From an uncultured Azospirillaceae bacterium (GTDB lineage Bacteria; Pseudomonadota; Alphaproteobacteria; RF32; CAG-239), in assembly GCA_964410325.1 (NCBI GenBank), contig CAYPFN010000005.1, positions 9,087 to 73,086 on the forward strand: 64,000 nucleotides of DNA, in the 5' to 3' direction. A program made the translations under genes and the position numbers. Positions 31,741-41,329 of this stretch are shown here, one piece after another. The notes beneath the pieces were generated by a model. It worked only from the letters and a program-made list of their open reading frames with translations. It had not been told where the DNA came from and did not search any database. Positions within the stretch are counted from its first letter, which is position 1. Every line of letters starts with the position of its first letter.

Positions 31741-32019
31741 TTCAAAGCTCCTCAAAAATCTGTTTTTTAATATAAATAACCAATTCTAAAAGTTCAATGA
31801 AAAAATTGTGTTACCCTAACCTGTTACCAAAAAAAGACAACTGTTTTTATATTCCAAAGACGAGCCGATTATGGTATCAGATCTTGCCTTTGAAGCGCCG
31901 TGGCTTTTAGCGGAATGAAAATCAATAAACGGCGCAAAAGCGAGGCCTCTCGTACTCTCCTCGTCATAAACTTTTACAAGGTTATTCTAAATAAAAAACT
32001 TTTGTGGTTTTAAACAATG

Positions 32020-32877
32020 TTACCGACCAAACACAGATCGCCACAAAATTTTGATTTTATCACTGATTCTGATGCGCGGTTTAGGCGACATAATTTCCCA
32101 TCCACGATTTTGCATAATATCGAAATAACACCGATAGATATGCAAAATAACGCGAAGAGGACGCATTTTTCTAGATTCAGCATTATCAAGCAAGGCAAAT
32201 GCCGCGTCAAAATCCGCCGCAACCATTTTAGCTAGTTGTTCACGCACGGCGATCAGATTTTTATCAGTAATGACAGTCTGCGGATCATGCGAAAAAATCC
32301 CCGCCTTCTGCAAAAGTTCGGCAGGCATATACAAATGTCCGGCCAACGCATCTTCTTTAATATCTTTAAGCATGTTCGTAAACTGCATCGCCCGTCCGAA
32401 ATGTCCAGCCAATTTTCTTTTTTGCTCTTCCGGCATACCGTTAATAATGCTAAGCAGAATATAAGCCGGAATTTCAGCCGTTCCGTGACAGTATTTATAA
32501 AAAGTATCAAAATCAGGTGCCTGCAACGGTTTAGGAAAATCCAAAAACGTACTGTTCAAAATTTCGAAAAAATCTTCTTTTTTAATTTTAAAACGCATAC
32601 AATTTTTATAAATTCGTCGCCCGATATCCGTCGCCGGAACTTTTTTATCATAAATATTTTCCAGTTCCTGTTTCCAGGTATTCAGCACTTCTTTTTTTTC
32701 TTTTTCTGGCAAACTGCCATCCACCACATTGTCAATATGGCGGCAAAAAGCATAAAGCGTATAAATAGCTTCCCTTTGCGCTTTCGGGAACCCTCTGACG
32801 CTCCAAAACAGGGTTGCCTGTGATTTTCTGACCAATTTTCCGATTGAACTCATTTGTTTTCCTTTATTGTTCGGCAC
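32020..32877 (-). CDS. squalene/phytoene synthase family protein (HpnD/CrtB-like)
   Basis: 285 aa, YAFCRHIDNVVDG aspartate-rich motif and second D-rich region. Confidence 0.75.
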   Translation of the reverse strand: MPNNKGKQMSSIGKLVRKSQATLFWSVRGFPKAQREAIYTLYAFCRHIDNVVDGSLPEKEKKEVLNTWKQELENIYDKKVPATDIGRRIYKNCMRFKIKKEDFFEILNSTFLDFPKPLQAPDFDTFYKYCHGTAEIPAYILLSIINGMPEEQKRKLAGHFGRAMQFTNMLKDIKEDALAGHLYMPAELLQKAGIFSHDPQTVITDKNLIAVREQLAKMVAADFDAAFALLDNAESRKMRPLRVILHIYRCYFDIMQNRGWEIMSPKPRIRISDKIKILWRSVFGR

Positions 32878-32945
32878 CTGTTTTCAAGCGCGCCATCCAT
32901 ACCAAACATATACTAACAATTTTTGCAAGTCAATCAATGTTTTTC

Positions 32946-34331
32946 TCAATCAACCTCTGTTTTATCTTCATTTTTCAAAGCGCTAACCCAATCTTCCAAA
33001 TCCGCCAGCGCCCTCCGGCAGTAAACCTCTTTACGTTCCCGCCCTTTCAACCGGCATAATTTTCCTTTATTTGTCATTTGCAAAGGAAGCTCTGGAAAAA
33101 GTCCGAAATTAATATTCATCGGTTGATAATGCTCCATATCGGTTGTGTCTGACAAATGGGCCAACATGGAACCCAAAGCCGTCGTTTTTGGTGGCAGAAG
33201 CGGCTCTTTATCCTGCAGCAACATTGCTGCAAAATATCCAGCCAAAAGACCGATTGCGGCGCTTTCCACATATCCCTCACAACCGGTAATCTGTCCGGCA
33301 AACATAACATTAGGCCGTATTCTCAAACGCAAAAATTTATCCAAAAGCACCGGACTTTTAATAAACGTATTTTTATGAATACCGCCCAACCTGGCAAACT
33401 CGGCATTTTCAAGTCCCGGAATTGTTCTGAAAATCCGCTGCTGTTCACCATATTTAAGCTTCGTTTGAAACCCGACAATATTCCTTAACGTATCTTCCTT
33501 GTTATCTTGCCGAAGTTGCACAACAGCATAAGGTTTATCCGCCTTGTGCGGATTAGTCAGCCCAACCGGTTTCATCGGACCAAACATCAGCGTATCGCGA
33601 CCACGTTCCGCCATTACTTCAATCGGCAAACAGCCGTCAAAATACTGTGGTTCTTCAAAATCATGAAATTCAACTTTCTGAGCTTCTAAAAGCGCATCCA
33701 CAAACCGATAATACTCTTCTCTGGTAAGCGGACAATTAATATAATCGCGCGCACTGCCTTTATCATAACGCGATTGATACCATGCCTTAGAAAAATCAAC
33801 ACTATTGGTATAAACAACTGGAGCAATTGCGTCATAAAAAGACAGTGCTTGTCCGTCAATCTGTTCTAAAATAGATAAAGCTAGAGATTCGGAAGTCAGC
33901 GGACCAGTTGCGACAATCGTCATCGTCTCCTCTGCTGAAGGTAGTTCCGTAATTTCCCGATAAACAATTTGCACACATGGATGTTGCCACAATTTTTCGG
34001 TTACATAAGAGGCAAAAGCATCTCGATCAACAGCCAGAGCACCACCGGCTGGAACTTTTGTATTGTCAGCCGCGCGCATAATAAGAGAACCAGCACGGCG
34101 CATTTCTTCATGCAAGAGACCAACGGCATTATGTTCGCAGTCGTCGGAACGCAAAGAATTAGAACATACCAGTTCCGCGAAATCCTTACTTTTATGCGCC
34201 GGCGAAAACTTTTGCGGCTTCATCTCGTACAAACTGACTTTTACGCCACGTTCGGCAAGTTGCCAAGCAGCCTCGCAGCCAGCCAGTCCTGCACCTATAA
34301 CATTAACCGTTTTCTTTTCCATCTCGGTCAT
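32946..34331 (-). CDS. trmFO: methylenetetrahydrofolate--tRNA-(uracil54-C5)-methyltransferase TrmFO
   Basis: 461 aa, FAD-binding [16 protein letters not shown], Gid/TrmFO architecture. Confidence 0.9.
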   Translation of the reverse strand: MTEMEKKTVNVIGAGLAGCEAAWQLAERGVKVSLYEMKPQKFSPAHKSKDFAELVCSNSLRSDDCEHNAVGLLHEEMRRAGSLIMRAADNTKVPAGGALAVDRDAFASYVTEKLWQHPCVQIVYREITELPSAEETMTIVATGPLTSESLALSILEQIDGQALSFYDAIAPVVYTNSVDFSKAWYQSRYDKGSARDYINCPLTREEYYRFVDALLEAQKVEFHDFEEPQYFDGCLPIEVMAERGRDTLMFGPMKPVGLTNPHKADKPYAVVQLRQDNKEDTLRNIVGFQTKLKYGEQQRIFRTIPGLENAEFARLGGIHKNTFIKSPVLLDKFLRLRIRPNVMFAGQITGCEGYVESAAIGLLAGYFAAMLLQDKEPLLPPKTTALGSMLAHLSDTTDMEHYQPMNINFGLFPELPLQMTNKGKLCRLKGRERKEVYCRRALADLEDWVSALKNEDKTEVD

Positions 34332-34449
34332 CCTTTTTATTCCAGCCTACCGATTGTTTTATCGTTTCCGAGCGTAAATGTAAATAAAAAACATCCTTTC
34401 CGTATTAAACTTTTTTTAAGTCTATAATATTATACTGATTAAAACTATA

Positions 34450-35529
34450 TTGAGATGGATAATGATAAAATTAGTTTTATTTTTGTTATTTTTGCCAACG
34501 GTTTCTTTCAGCGCCGACACCGTCGTTTTGCCGCTTAATCTGCAAAATACCGACAGCGATGTTGAAGTCAGCAGAATTCCAGAAATTCCTTTTATGGATG
34601 AAGAAGATCTGAGTTTTGACCATTCCGTTGATGCTTTCGGCGAACCGATCAACTTAGATACTGAGGCGCCTATTCCTCCTGCAGAGGCTCAAAAAATTCA
34701 CGAAGCGGCTGCTCAAGAAACGAATCCCAGTGTTGATGTCAGACAATCGTTAAGCGACAACCTCCGCCAGAATGCTCCTGATGAATTTCAAAACACCCAG
34801 CCACAAACCAGTGGCACCAGCTGGGTTGGGCAACTCATTTCTTCAGCCAAAGAAAATATTCAAAACACAGGATCCAAAAAAAATCCTTTGGCCGACATGC
34901 TTGAACAAAGCCAGGGACAAAACCGCCGTTCCAACGTATCGGTTTTTGACATATCAGGCGTTATGCTCCGCATGTCTTATAAACAAGCTGAAGAAGCTTT
35001 AAGCAAACGTGGCTATAAAAAAACCATGCAAAAAATGGATATTCCCAACTTTATTCGCTGGCGCAATGAAGAAAAATGCCGCAATCAGGGCATTATCGGT
35101 TACGAGCGCCTAGAAAACTGCGTTATCCGCCTGGCCGGAAAAGAAAATTATCAATTTATTTCCCAAGCCCAGTTTAACAAATACGACACTCAAGAAACCA
35201 TACACATATTTTTAACCAGCAATTTTACAAATAATAAAATCTACAAAATAACCTATCGTTCCGAAGCCGCTAACAATACCGGCAACAGTCCGAAAGCTCT
35301 GTATCTGCGCAATATCAAAGTTTTTGATTTCTGGAAAAAAATCAATCAAAAATACGGTGTTCCAGATGATACCCGGGATGTTACATGGGGATTAGGCGGA
35401 AACAAGCCTTATATGCGTGCCGCCACGGGATTTTTGGTTTTGGAAGATAATATGTTAAGAGAGTTGGATTACACGCGCATGTCTCGCGAGGACCAACGCT
35501 TTATGAACACGGATTTATATACATTTTAG
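34450..35529 (+). CDS. secreted hypothetical protein
   Basis: Signal peptide ...FLLFLPTVSFSAD, 10 bp upstream of chpT. Confidence 0.55.
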   Translation: MRWIMIKLVLFLLFLPTVSFSADTVVLPLNLQNTDSDVEVSRIPEIPFMDEEDLSFDHSVDAFGEPINLDTEAPIPPAEAQKIHEAAAQETNPSVDVRQSLSDNLRQNAPDEFQNTQPQTSGTSWVGQLISSAKENIQNTGSKKNPLADMLEQSQGQNRRSNVSVFDISGVMLRMSYKQAEEALSKRGYKKTMQKMDIPNFIRWRNEEKCRNQGIIGYERLENCVIRLAGKENYQFISQAQFNKYDTQETIHIFLTSNFTNNKIYKITYRSEAANNTGNSPKALYLRNIKVFDFWKKINQKYGVPDDTRDVTWGLGGNKPYMRAATGFLVLEDNMLRELDYTRMSREDQRFMNTDLYTF

Positions 35530-35538
35530 GAATATCAC

Positions 35539-36156
35539 ATGTCTGATAATTTATCGCCTTGCATAATAACTGAGATTGTCTGCACTCGGTTGAGTCATGA
35601 CCTGATCGGCAATATCGGAGCCGTAGCCAACGCTGTGGAAATTATAAATGACGACCCAGCAGAAATCGATGACATCAAACCCATCCTGGAAATTAGTTCG
35701 CAGACGCTGACCGCACGCTTAAAATTTTTCCGCCTAGCTTTCGGATTAAACAACACCGCGCCTAAAAACACAAACGAAGTACAACAGATTGCCACTGATT
35801 ATATATCAACCATCGGTAGCCGGCAAACGCCGATTAGCTTAAAAATCAACATCAATACACCAGCACTTTATAAAATTGTATTGCTGAGTATCATGTCATT
35901 GGCGGATGTCTTTATCCGTGGTGGCATACTTGATATAAAAGAAACCTCTCAGGGGCTGAGCATTGAGGCCAAATCTCCCGCCCCTTTATCTGCCAGTAAG
36001 TTGCAAACTTTTAAACAATGCCTTTCTGGGAAATATCCATCGGAAAATCCCGCCCAATTCGCTCCATTACTTTATATGTTAAAAATATTGGAAACCTCTC
36101 CGGTCAAAATTACGCTGGAATACAATGAACAACAGGCTATTTTGCGGATTGCCTGA
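35539..36156 (+). CDS. chpT: histidine phosphotransferase ChpT-like (CtrA phosphorelay)
   Basis: 205 aa; CTRLSHDLIGNIGAVANAVEI aligns with Caulobacter ChpT ARLCHDFISPASAI (phospho-His region). Confidence 0.55.
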   Translation: MSDNLSPCIITEIVCTRLSHDLIGNIGAVANAVEIINDDPAEIDDIKPILEISSQTLTARLKFFRLAFGLNNTAPKNTNEVQQIATDYISTIGSRQTPISLKININTPALYKIVLLSIMSLADVFIRGGILDIKETSQGLSIEAKSPAPLSASKLQTFKQCLSGKYPSENPAQFAPLLYMLKILETSPVKITLEYNEQQAILRIA

Positions 36157-36448
36157 GCCATTCCCGCCAAGGTTTTTCTTCTATCAGCAGCTCTTCAACT
36201 CGTGGTTTGGCTCCTTCTTTATAAACAAAGACAACTTCCGTTTTTAAATCATCCTGAGTTAAAAGCAAATCAATCTCTTGGATATCTTCTTCCGGAAGAT
36301 AATAACGATATGTATAATTAAAAAGCTCAACTGGACAACGCTTTCTGTTAAACTGCGAGCAATCGGTCAAATTCCAATCCGGCTGTAGATTTAAGTAATG
36401 TCCAGCAATCAAATCCCGTGGATCATAACCGCACATACGAACCACCAC
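36137..36448 (-). CDS. small hypothetical protein; start uncertain (the frame is open upstream to ~36529; ATG options at 36463/36472)
   Basis: ORF with GTG start in the track; contains GHYLNLQP, faintly resembling the GDYXXLXY family. Confidence 0.3.
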   Translation of the reverse strand: MVVRMCGYDPRDLIAGHYLNLQPDWNLTDCSQFNRKRCPVELFNYTYRYYLPEEDIQEIDLLLTQDDLKTEVVFVYKEGAKPRVEELLIEEKPWREWLRQSAK

Positions 36449-36546
36449 AGCCTGTTCGGCATGAAATGCATATTCAGTTCTGAGTAGCTATAAAACAAGA
36501 AAAACCATCGGAAAAAGCAGAAATACTCCTAAAATATATTTCTTGT

Positions 36547-37680
36547 TCATCGCAATTTCTTTTCCTGTAAACGCTGTGTCAGTCTGGCGGCAATCAACAT
36601 TAACCCCAACAGCAGAAAACCAGAAACTATCAGACCGATACCAGTTTGCATCAAACCTCCCCAAAAATCCATATATATCAGAAAAATCCGCAATGCCGCC
36701 AAGGCAAAAACCACATTAAGCAGGCGGCGGGAACGGTTATGATAAGCATAAATGCCTGTTAAGGCCAATAAGGCGAATGATAACAGAAAAGATAACGGCA
36801 ACAAGCTACCGAAAAATATAATCAGCATCAGAAAGGGAATATAATTTGGCCGTTTTCTGAGTTTTTCTATATAAAAAGACAACATCGTCATAGCGGCGGC
36901 AATCAGAACCAAACAACCCCCCAAAGCCCCTTCTATGCGATAAGGAACAAAAGACGTAACCAAGAAGTTTCTTTCAAAATCCATAAAGAAAATTGCTAAA
37001 ATGACATCAAAAACCAGCCAATATCTCAATGCCTTAACAAATCCCATGACATAATGCGGAAAGAACAGACGCAGTAGCTGATACAGCAAAAACCATACAA
37101 AAAGCCACAGAACCCCTACAGAATATTGCCAGCTTTCCGTAAACAAACGCAAAAACAGAGACAAACTCTGGCTTTGCTCAACATAATCTAACAAAGAAAT
37201 CCATAAAACCAGCAACACGACAAACGGCAAAACAATTTTTCGGGAAAAAAATGTCAGCGGAAATACCAAAATCGACCACAACAAAAAAGCCGACAAGCCA
37301 TCCAGTGGTAATTGATAAACCTGCACAATCAACCCGATGGAAGCCAACAACAGAATGGCAAATAATATACTCAGGCTTTCAAACCACAGATTCTTTCCCT
37401 GATTATAAAACATCCATGTTGCACCGCCAGCAGCCGCCAGCAAAATAAAATCACTAATCAGTTTAATAACCGACGGAATAGCGGTCCAATTGGCGGCAAT
37501 AATGGAAACAATGCCTAAGCCGATACAAACCAGTGCCAATGCCATAAATCCGTATAACAAATAAGGCTTGGCATGACGTTTTTCATAAGCAATAATCGCC
37601 CGTCCCTGTTGATAGGAAATCAACCCGATTTTCTGCCACCGTTTAATTTTTTTTGCCAAATTCATTAAAATTCTCCCCAA
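36547..37680 (-). CDS. polytopic membrane protein (DUF2157/DUF4401-like)
   Basis: 377 aa, ~9 TM helices, N-terminus KIKRWQKIGLISYQQGRAII. Confidence 0.45.
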   Translation of the reverse strand: MGRILMNLAKKIKRWQKIGLISYQQGRAIIAYEKRHAKPYLLYGFMALALVCIGLGIVSIIAANWTAIPSVIKLISDFILLAAAGGATWMFYNQGKNLWFESLSILFAILLLASIGLIVQVYQLPLDGLSAFLLWSILVFPLTFFSRKIVLPFVVLLVLWISLLDYVEQSQSLSLFLRLFTESWQYSVGVLWLFVWFLLYQLLRLFFPHYVMGFVKALRYWLVFDVILAIFFMDFERNFLVTSFVPYRIEGALGGCLVLIAAAMTMLSFYIEKLRKRPNYIPFLMLIIFFGSLLPLSFLLSFALLALTGIYAYHNRSRRLLNVVFALAALRIFLIYMDFWGGLMQTGIGLIVSGFLLLGLMLIAARLTQRLQEKKLR

Positions 37681-37981
37681 GGAATAACTATATACATTTA
37701 CTCATATTTTAATACGCTTTCTTAAAACCGCAAGCGATATTAAGCATTTATCCTAGCCTCACCTAAATTCTTCAGGATATATCTTCACCGTATGCGAATA
37801 TCAGCTCGTTATCTTCCTTCCGTTCAAACATTAAATATCTTTAGGAAAAAGAATGTCTACCGAATCAAGAAATTATCCTGCCAGCGGTATATTTATTCAT
37901 AAAAGCGTCGGTTTTCTGCCTTATTTCATTGTAAATAAAAAAACTTGCCTCTCCAAGAGACGTTTCCTTAAAACTTTAAAG

Positions 37982-38008
37982 TTGCAAAAAAAAAAAACGG
38001 TTTATAAT
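37982..38008 (+). promoter_or_regulatory. sigma70-like promoter TTGCAA-(15 nt incl. A12 tract)-TATAAT upstream of cysteine-rich secreted protein gene
   Basis: TTGCAA 37982-37987, A12 37986-37997, TATAAT 38003-38008. Confidence 0.45.
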
Positions 38009-38196
38009 AAATCGTATAAGCCCTTTACGGAGGTTGTTTTATGGCTTGTTTGTTAATTTATACCCTTTTTCTTCCTGCCGCCTGCTTCCTCAAGGCGTTT
38101 CTTCCTCACATGCCTATATATTATATCGTCTCCCAGAAAGCTCCGCGGCAGGACCTTCCGTTTCTATTCTTCGTTCGTTATTTAGGAGTTTATATT

Positions 38197-39009
38197 ATGT
38201 TTATTAAATTTTCTTTCTTTGGCGTTTTAACGCTTTTATCCACTTCTTCTGCTTTGGCTCTGACTTGTGTCAACGACTACGGCGGTACTTCCTCTTGCGC
38301 TAGCAACACTACCGCCGCAGGAGATTGTGAAACTTTAGGTTACTCAACTTCCGATGTCGACAACTGCGAGCATTATCTCTATTGCCCCTTTGATACTTCC
38401 TACAAAAGGTGTGTTACTCAATCTGAAACATCTGAAACAGTAGAAGACTGTTCTGATTATACTTTAGAATCCTGCCCGACTGGCGCTATTTGTGATATCT
38501 GTTATCAAACTTCCGAATCAGGAGGCATTGCCTATTTTAAAAGATATTACAAAATTACCTCCTGTGAGGAGGGATATACAGAAACTACCAATCTCACTAC
38601 TGGCGCCATAACCTGTACAGAGAATGGGTTTAATCTGGGTGATCTTATAGAGGATGACATGAATTCTGAAGAAGAGTCTGATCCATGTGATGACAGGACA
38701 ACATATCCAATCAAATGTACAAACGGTAGCGAAACAACATGCTTCGAAGAAGACCCCTGTAAGGGTGTTAGTGGATGTGAATGGCACTGTGATACCATTG
38801 CCGGCAACGATAGCAGTAGTAGCGATAGCAGTAGCAGTGGTGGCGGTGGTAGTGCATGCGATGACGAATGCTCGCTAGGTTTGAACACATGTGACTGCTT
38901 ACTATGTAAGGATCCAAAGTATTGCGAAACTGATGAGGCGAAGCGGGCTTGCTGTGGTGAACTTGAAGAACGAGAAGACAGTATAAATAAAGAGGCAGAA
39001 AAACTTTAA
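38197..39009 (+). CDS. secreted cysteine-rich protein with Ser/Gly-rich linker
   Basis: ATG 38197 after AGGAG, signal peptide MFIKFSFFGVLTLLSTSSALA, ~36 Cys, SSSSDSSSSGGGGS run. Confidence 0.65.
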   Translation: MFIKFSFFGVLTLLSTSSALALTCVNDYGGTSSCASNTTAAGDCETLGYSTSDVDNCEHYLYCPFDTSYKRCVTQSETSETVEDCSDYTLESCPTGAICDICYQTSESGGIAYFKRYYKITSCEEGYTETTNLTTGAITCTENGFNLGDLIEDDMNSEEESDPCDDRTTYPIKCTNGSETTCFEEDPCKGVSGCEWHCDTIAGNDSSSSDSSSSGGGGSACDDECSLGLNTCDCLLCKDPKYCETDEAKRACCGELEEREDSINKEAEKL

Positions 39010-39025
39010 TTAAAATCAGCAATTA

Positions 39026-39059
39026 TAAAACGCCCCGTGGGTTTATCGGGGCGTTTTTT
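39026..39059 (+). terminator. rho-independent terminator
   Basis: AAAACGCCCCG-loop-CGGGGCGTTTTTT. Confidence 0.85.
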
Positions 39060-39369
39060 ATTCAATCTTTACAAAAAATTCTGCATTTAATACAAGGAAA
39101 ATTCAGAAAACCAAAAGAAGAGATGATTATTTTGCAACGCAAAGTTTATCGGGAAACAACCAACGGCCCGATCCATACTGTGGCCGGACAAACATAAATC
39201 AGACTTGGCAAATATGATGAAATTATTCGTTCTATGGACCTTTGGTTATTTCCATTACACCCCCAACATCAAAAGCAACCCCAAATATGTAAACCAAATC
39301 AAAATAATTTAGTTGCTTTTATCACAGCACTTTCATAAACTGTTATTAATTTAAATAAAGGCTGTAAAC

Positions 39370-40068
39370 ATGAAAATTTTACTAGTGGAAGATGATCTAA
39401 AACTCGGATATTTGCAAAAGCAGCTGTTAGAAATTTCTGGCTTTGAAATTACCTGGGCAACCGACGGTAAACAGGCTTTGGAAGAATTTCAGATATCAGA
39501 TAACAACTGTTTTGACGTCATTATCCTTGATTGGATGCTGCCCGAGATATCTGGTATTGAAATTTGTAAAATTTTGCGGGGACCAAAATTTAATTATCAA
39601 GGCGGCATCATTTTCGTAACCGCCAAAGACAGCTTGGAAAACTGCCTCCAGGGTTTAGAAACCGGAGCCGATGATTATATCGTCAAACCTTTTCAAAACA
39701 CAGAGCTTATTGCCAGAATAAAAGCCGTTAACCGCCGAAAAGCCAAACCCTTTGTAGACGATATCTACCAAAAAGGCGCCTATGTCATTAACAACAGTCT
39801 GCAAACCGTTTCCTGTAATAATACTACTCTTCAGTTGACCAAAAGAGAATTTGCCCTGTTTAAAATATTATTCATCAACCAAAACTGCATCATTCCTCGT
39901 TCGACCATACTGGAAAAAGTTTGGCCTGATAATTTGGACATTTCCGATTCCAGCATTGATTCTTACATTTATCTACTGCGCAAAAAATTATCTTTATTTG
40001 GCAATACCCTGCAGATAAAATCCGTTAAAAACATAGGATACAGCCTGGAGATACAAAATGGAATTTGA
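39370..40068 (+). CDS. OmpR-family response regulator
   Basis: Receiver D-box (ILDWMLP) plus winged-helix C-terminus. Confidence 0.9.
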   Translation: MKILLVEDDLKLGYLQKQLLEISGFEITWATDGKQALEEFQISDNNCFDVIILDWMLPEISGIEICKILRGPKFNYQGGIIFVTAKDSLENCLQGLETGADDYIVKPFQNTELIARIKAVNRRKAKPFVDDIYQKGAYVINNSLQTVSCNNTTLQLTKREFALFKILFINQNCIIPRSTILEKVWPDNLDISDSSIDSYIYLLRKKLSLFGNTLQIKSVKNIGYSLEIQNGI

Positions 40069-41326
40069 TAAAATCCGCAAGCATCTGGTTTGGAAATATA
40101 CCATTGTTACCACAATCATGCTGATAAGCATCCTCTCTATCAGCTCATATCTAAATTTGCACCTGACTTATACGGCTATTGAAGAAACCCTCTCCGATTA
40201 CCTGATCGAAGAGGTCCACGAGGCTAAACAAAACCTCCGTCATTCCCATGTTAGCATAGAACCAGTCAGCTATATCAATCCCAATACCAACACACTCATG
40301 AGCCTGTGGTACAGTCAAGACAAACTGGTCCACGCCGAAGTCCCAGATGATCCGCTTATCCGCGAGGAATTGATCAAACGCATTATGTCGGGCCACCATT
40401 CCGAACAAATGATATACAAGGAAAAAATCAACAACAAATGGACATTCTTGGTCATGAGCCAAAACATCAAAGACGCAAACGGCAGAACCGGCAGAGTCAT
40501 CGTTATCAGCAATATTTCCAAACTGGAACGAAATTTTTCATATTTTTTCCATTGTTTTTCTTTAGCCATCTTTCTGCTGGGTCTTCTTTCGTTCTTTTTA
40601 GGCAATTTTTTTGCGGCTCGTGCCATCCGCCAGATAAATAACGTTATGGAACGTCAAAAACGTTTTGTTTCCGACGCTTCGCATGAATTACGCACGCCTT
40701 TAAGCATTATGCTGGCCTACACCGAACTTTTGGAACACAAAAAATCTCCCGAAACTTTGCGCAGATTAAAAGATGAAATTACCTCCATGGCAGATCTGAC
40801 CGGACGCTTGCTACAATTTGCCCGTTTTGACAACAACCAAATATCGTTTAATCCTGAAACTTTTGATTTAAATACTTTTCTTGAAACACTTATCAAAGAC
40901 ATATCCTTACTGGCTAAAAGCAAAAGCATCAGCATTCACGCCAATTTTTCACAAAACCATCTTCTCCTGACGGCAGATAAACTCCTGCTCAAGCACCTGT
41001 TGTACATTCTTTTAGATAACGCTCTCAAATACAGCCCTGAGAAATCCGTAATTTCATTATCTGCCGGCAAAGAAAAAAACAACGTTGTCATTGAAGTTCG
41101 GGATCAGGGCATTGGTATTGCCGAGAAAGACTTAAAACATATTTTTGAAAGATTCTACCGTGCTGATAAAGCGCGCAGCCGCAATGCCGATCAGGGGCTT
41201 GGTCTTGGCCTGTCTTTTGCTTGGCTGATTGCCCAGCGGCATGGCGGAAAAATTGATGTAAAAAGTACCGTAAACCACGGAAGTACATTTAAAGTAATTT
41301 TGCCACCGCCCAAAAACACAATCTAA
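40058..41326 (+). CDS. sensor histidine kinase (HAMP-HisKA-HATPase)
   Basis: H-box SDASHELRTPL, N/G boxes, 2 TM; overlaps the regulator by 11 bp. Confidence 0.9.
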   Translation: MEFDKIRKHLVWKYTIVTTIMLISILSISSYLNLHLTYTAIEETLSDYLIEEVHEAKQNLRHSHVSIEPVSYINPNTNTLMSLWYSQDKLVHAEVPDDPLIREELIKRIMSGHHSEQMIYKEKINNKWTFLVMSQNIKDANGRTGRVIVISNISKLERNFSYFFHCFSLAIFLLGLLSFFLGNFFAARAIRQINNVMERQKRFVSDASHELRTPLSIMLAYTELLEHKKSPETLRRLKDEITSMADLTGRLLQFARFDNNQISFNPETFDLNTFLETLIKDISLLAKSKSISIHANFSQNHLLLTADKLLLKHLLYILLDNALKYSPEKSVISLSAGKEKNNVVIEVRDQGIGIAEKDLKHIFERFYRADKARSRNADQGLGLGLSFAWLIAQRHGGKIDVKSTVNHGSTFKVILPPPKNTI

Positions 41327-41329
41327 AAC

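Noticed and set aside
37853-38056. 67-aa ORF spanning the A12 tract
   Set aside because: The lysine run is simply the translated poly-A. The region is better explained as a promoter/5' leader of the Cys-rich protein gene.
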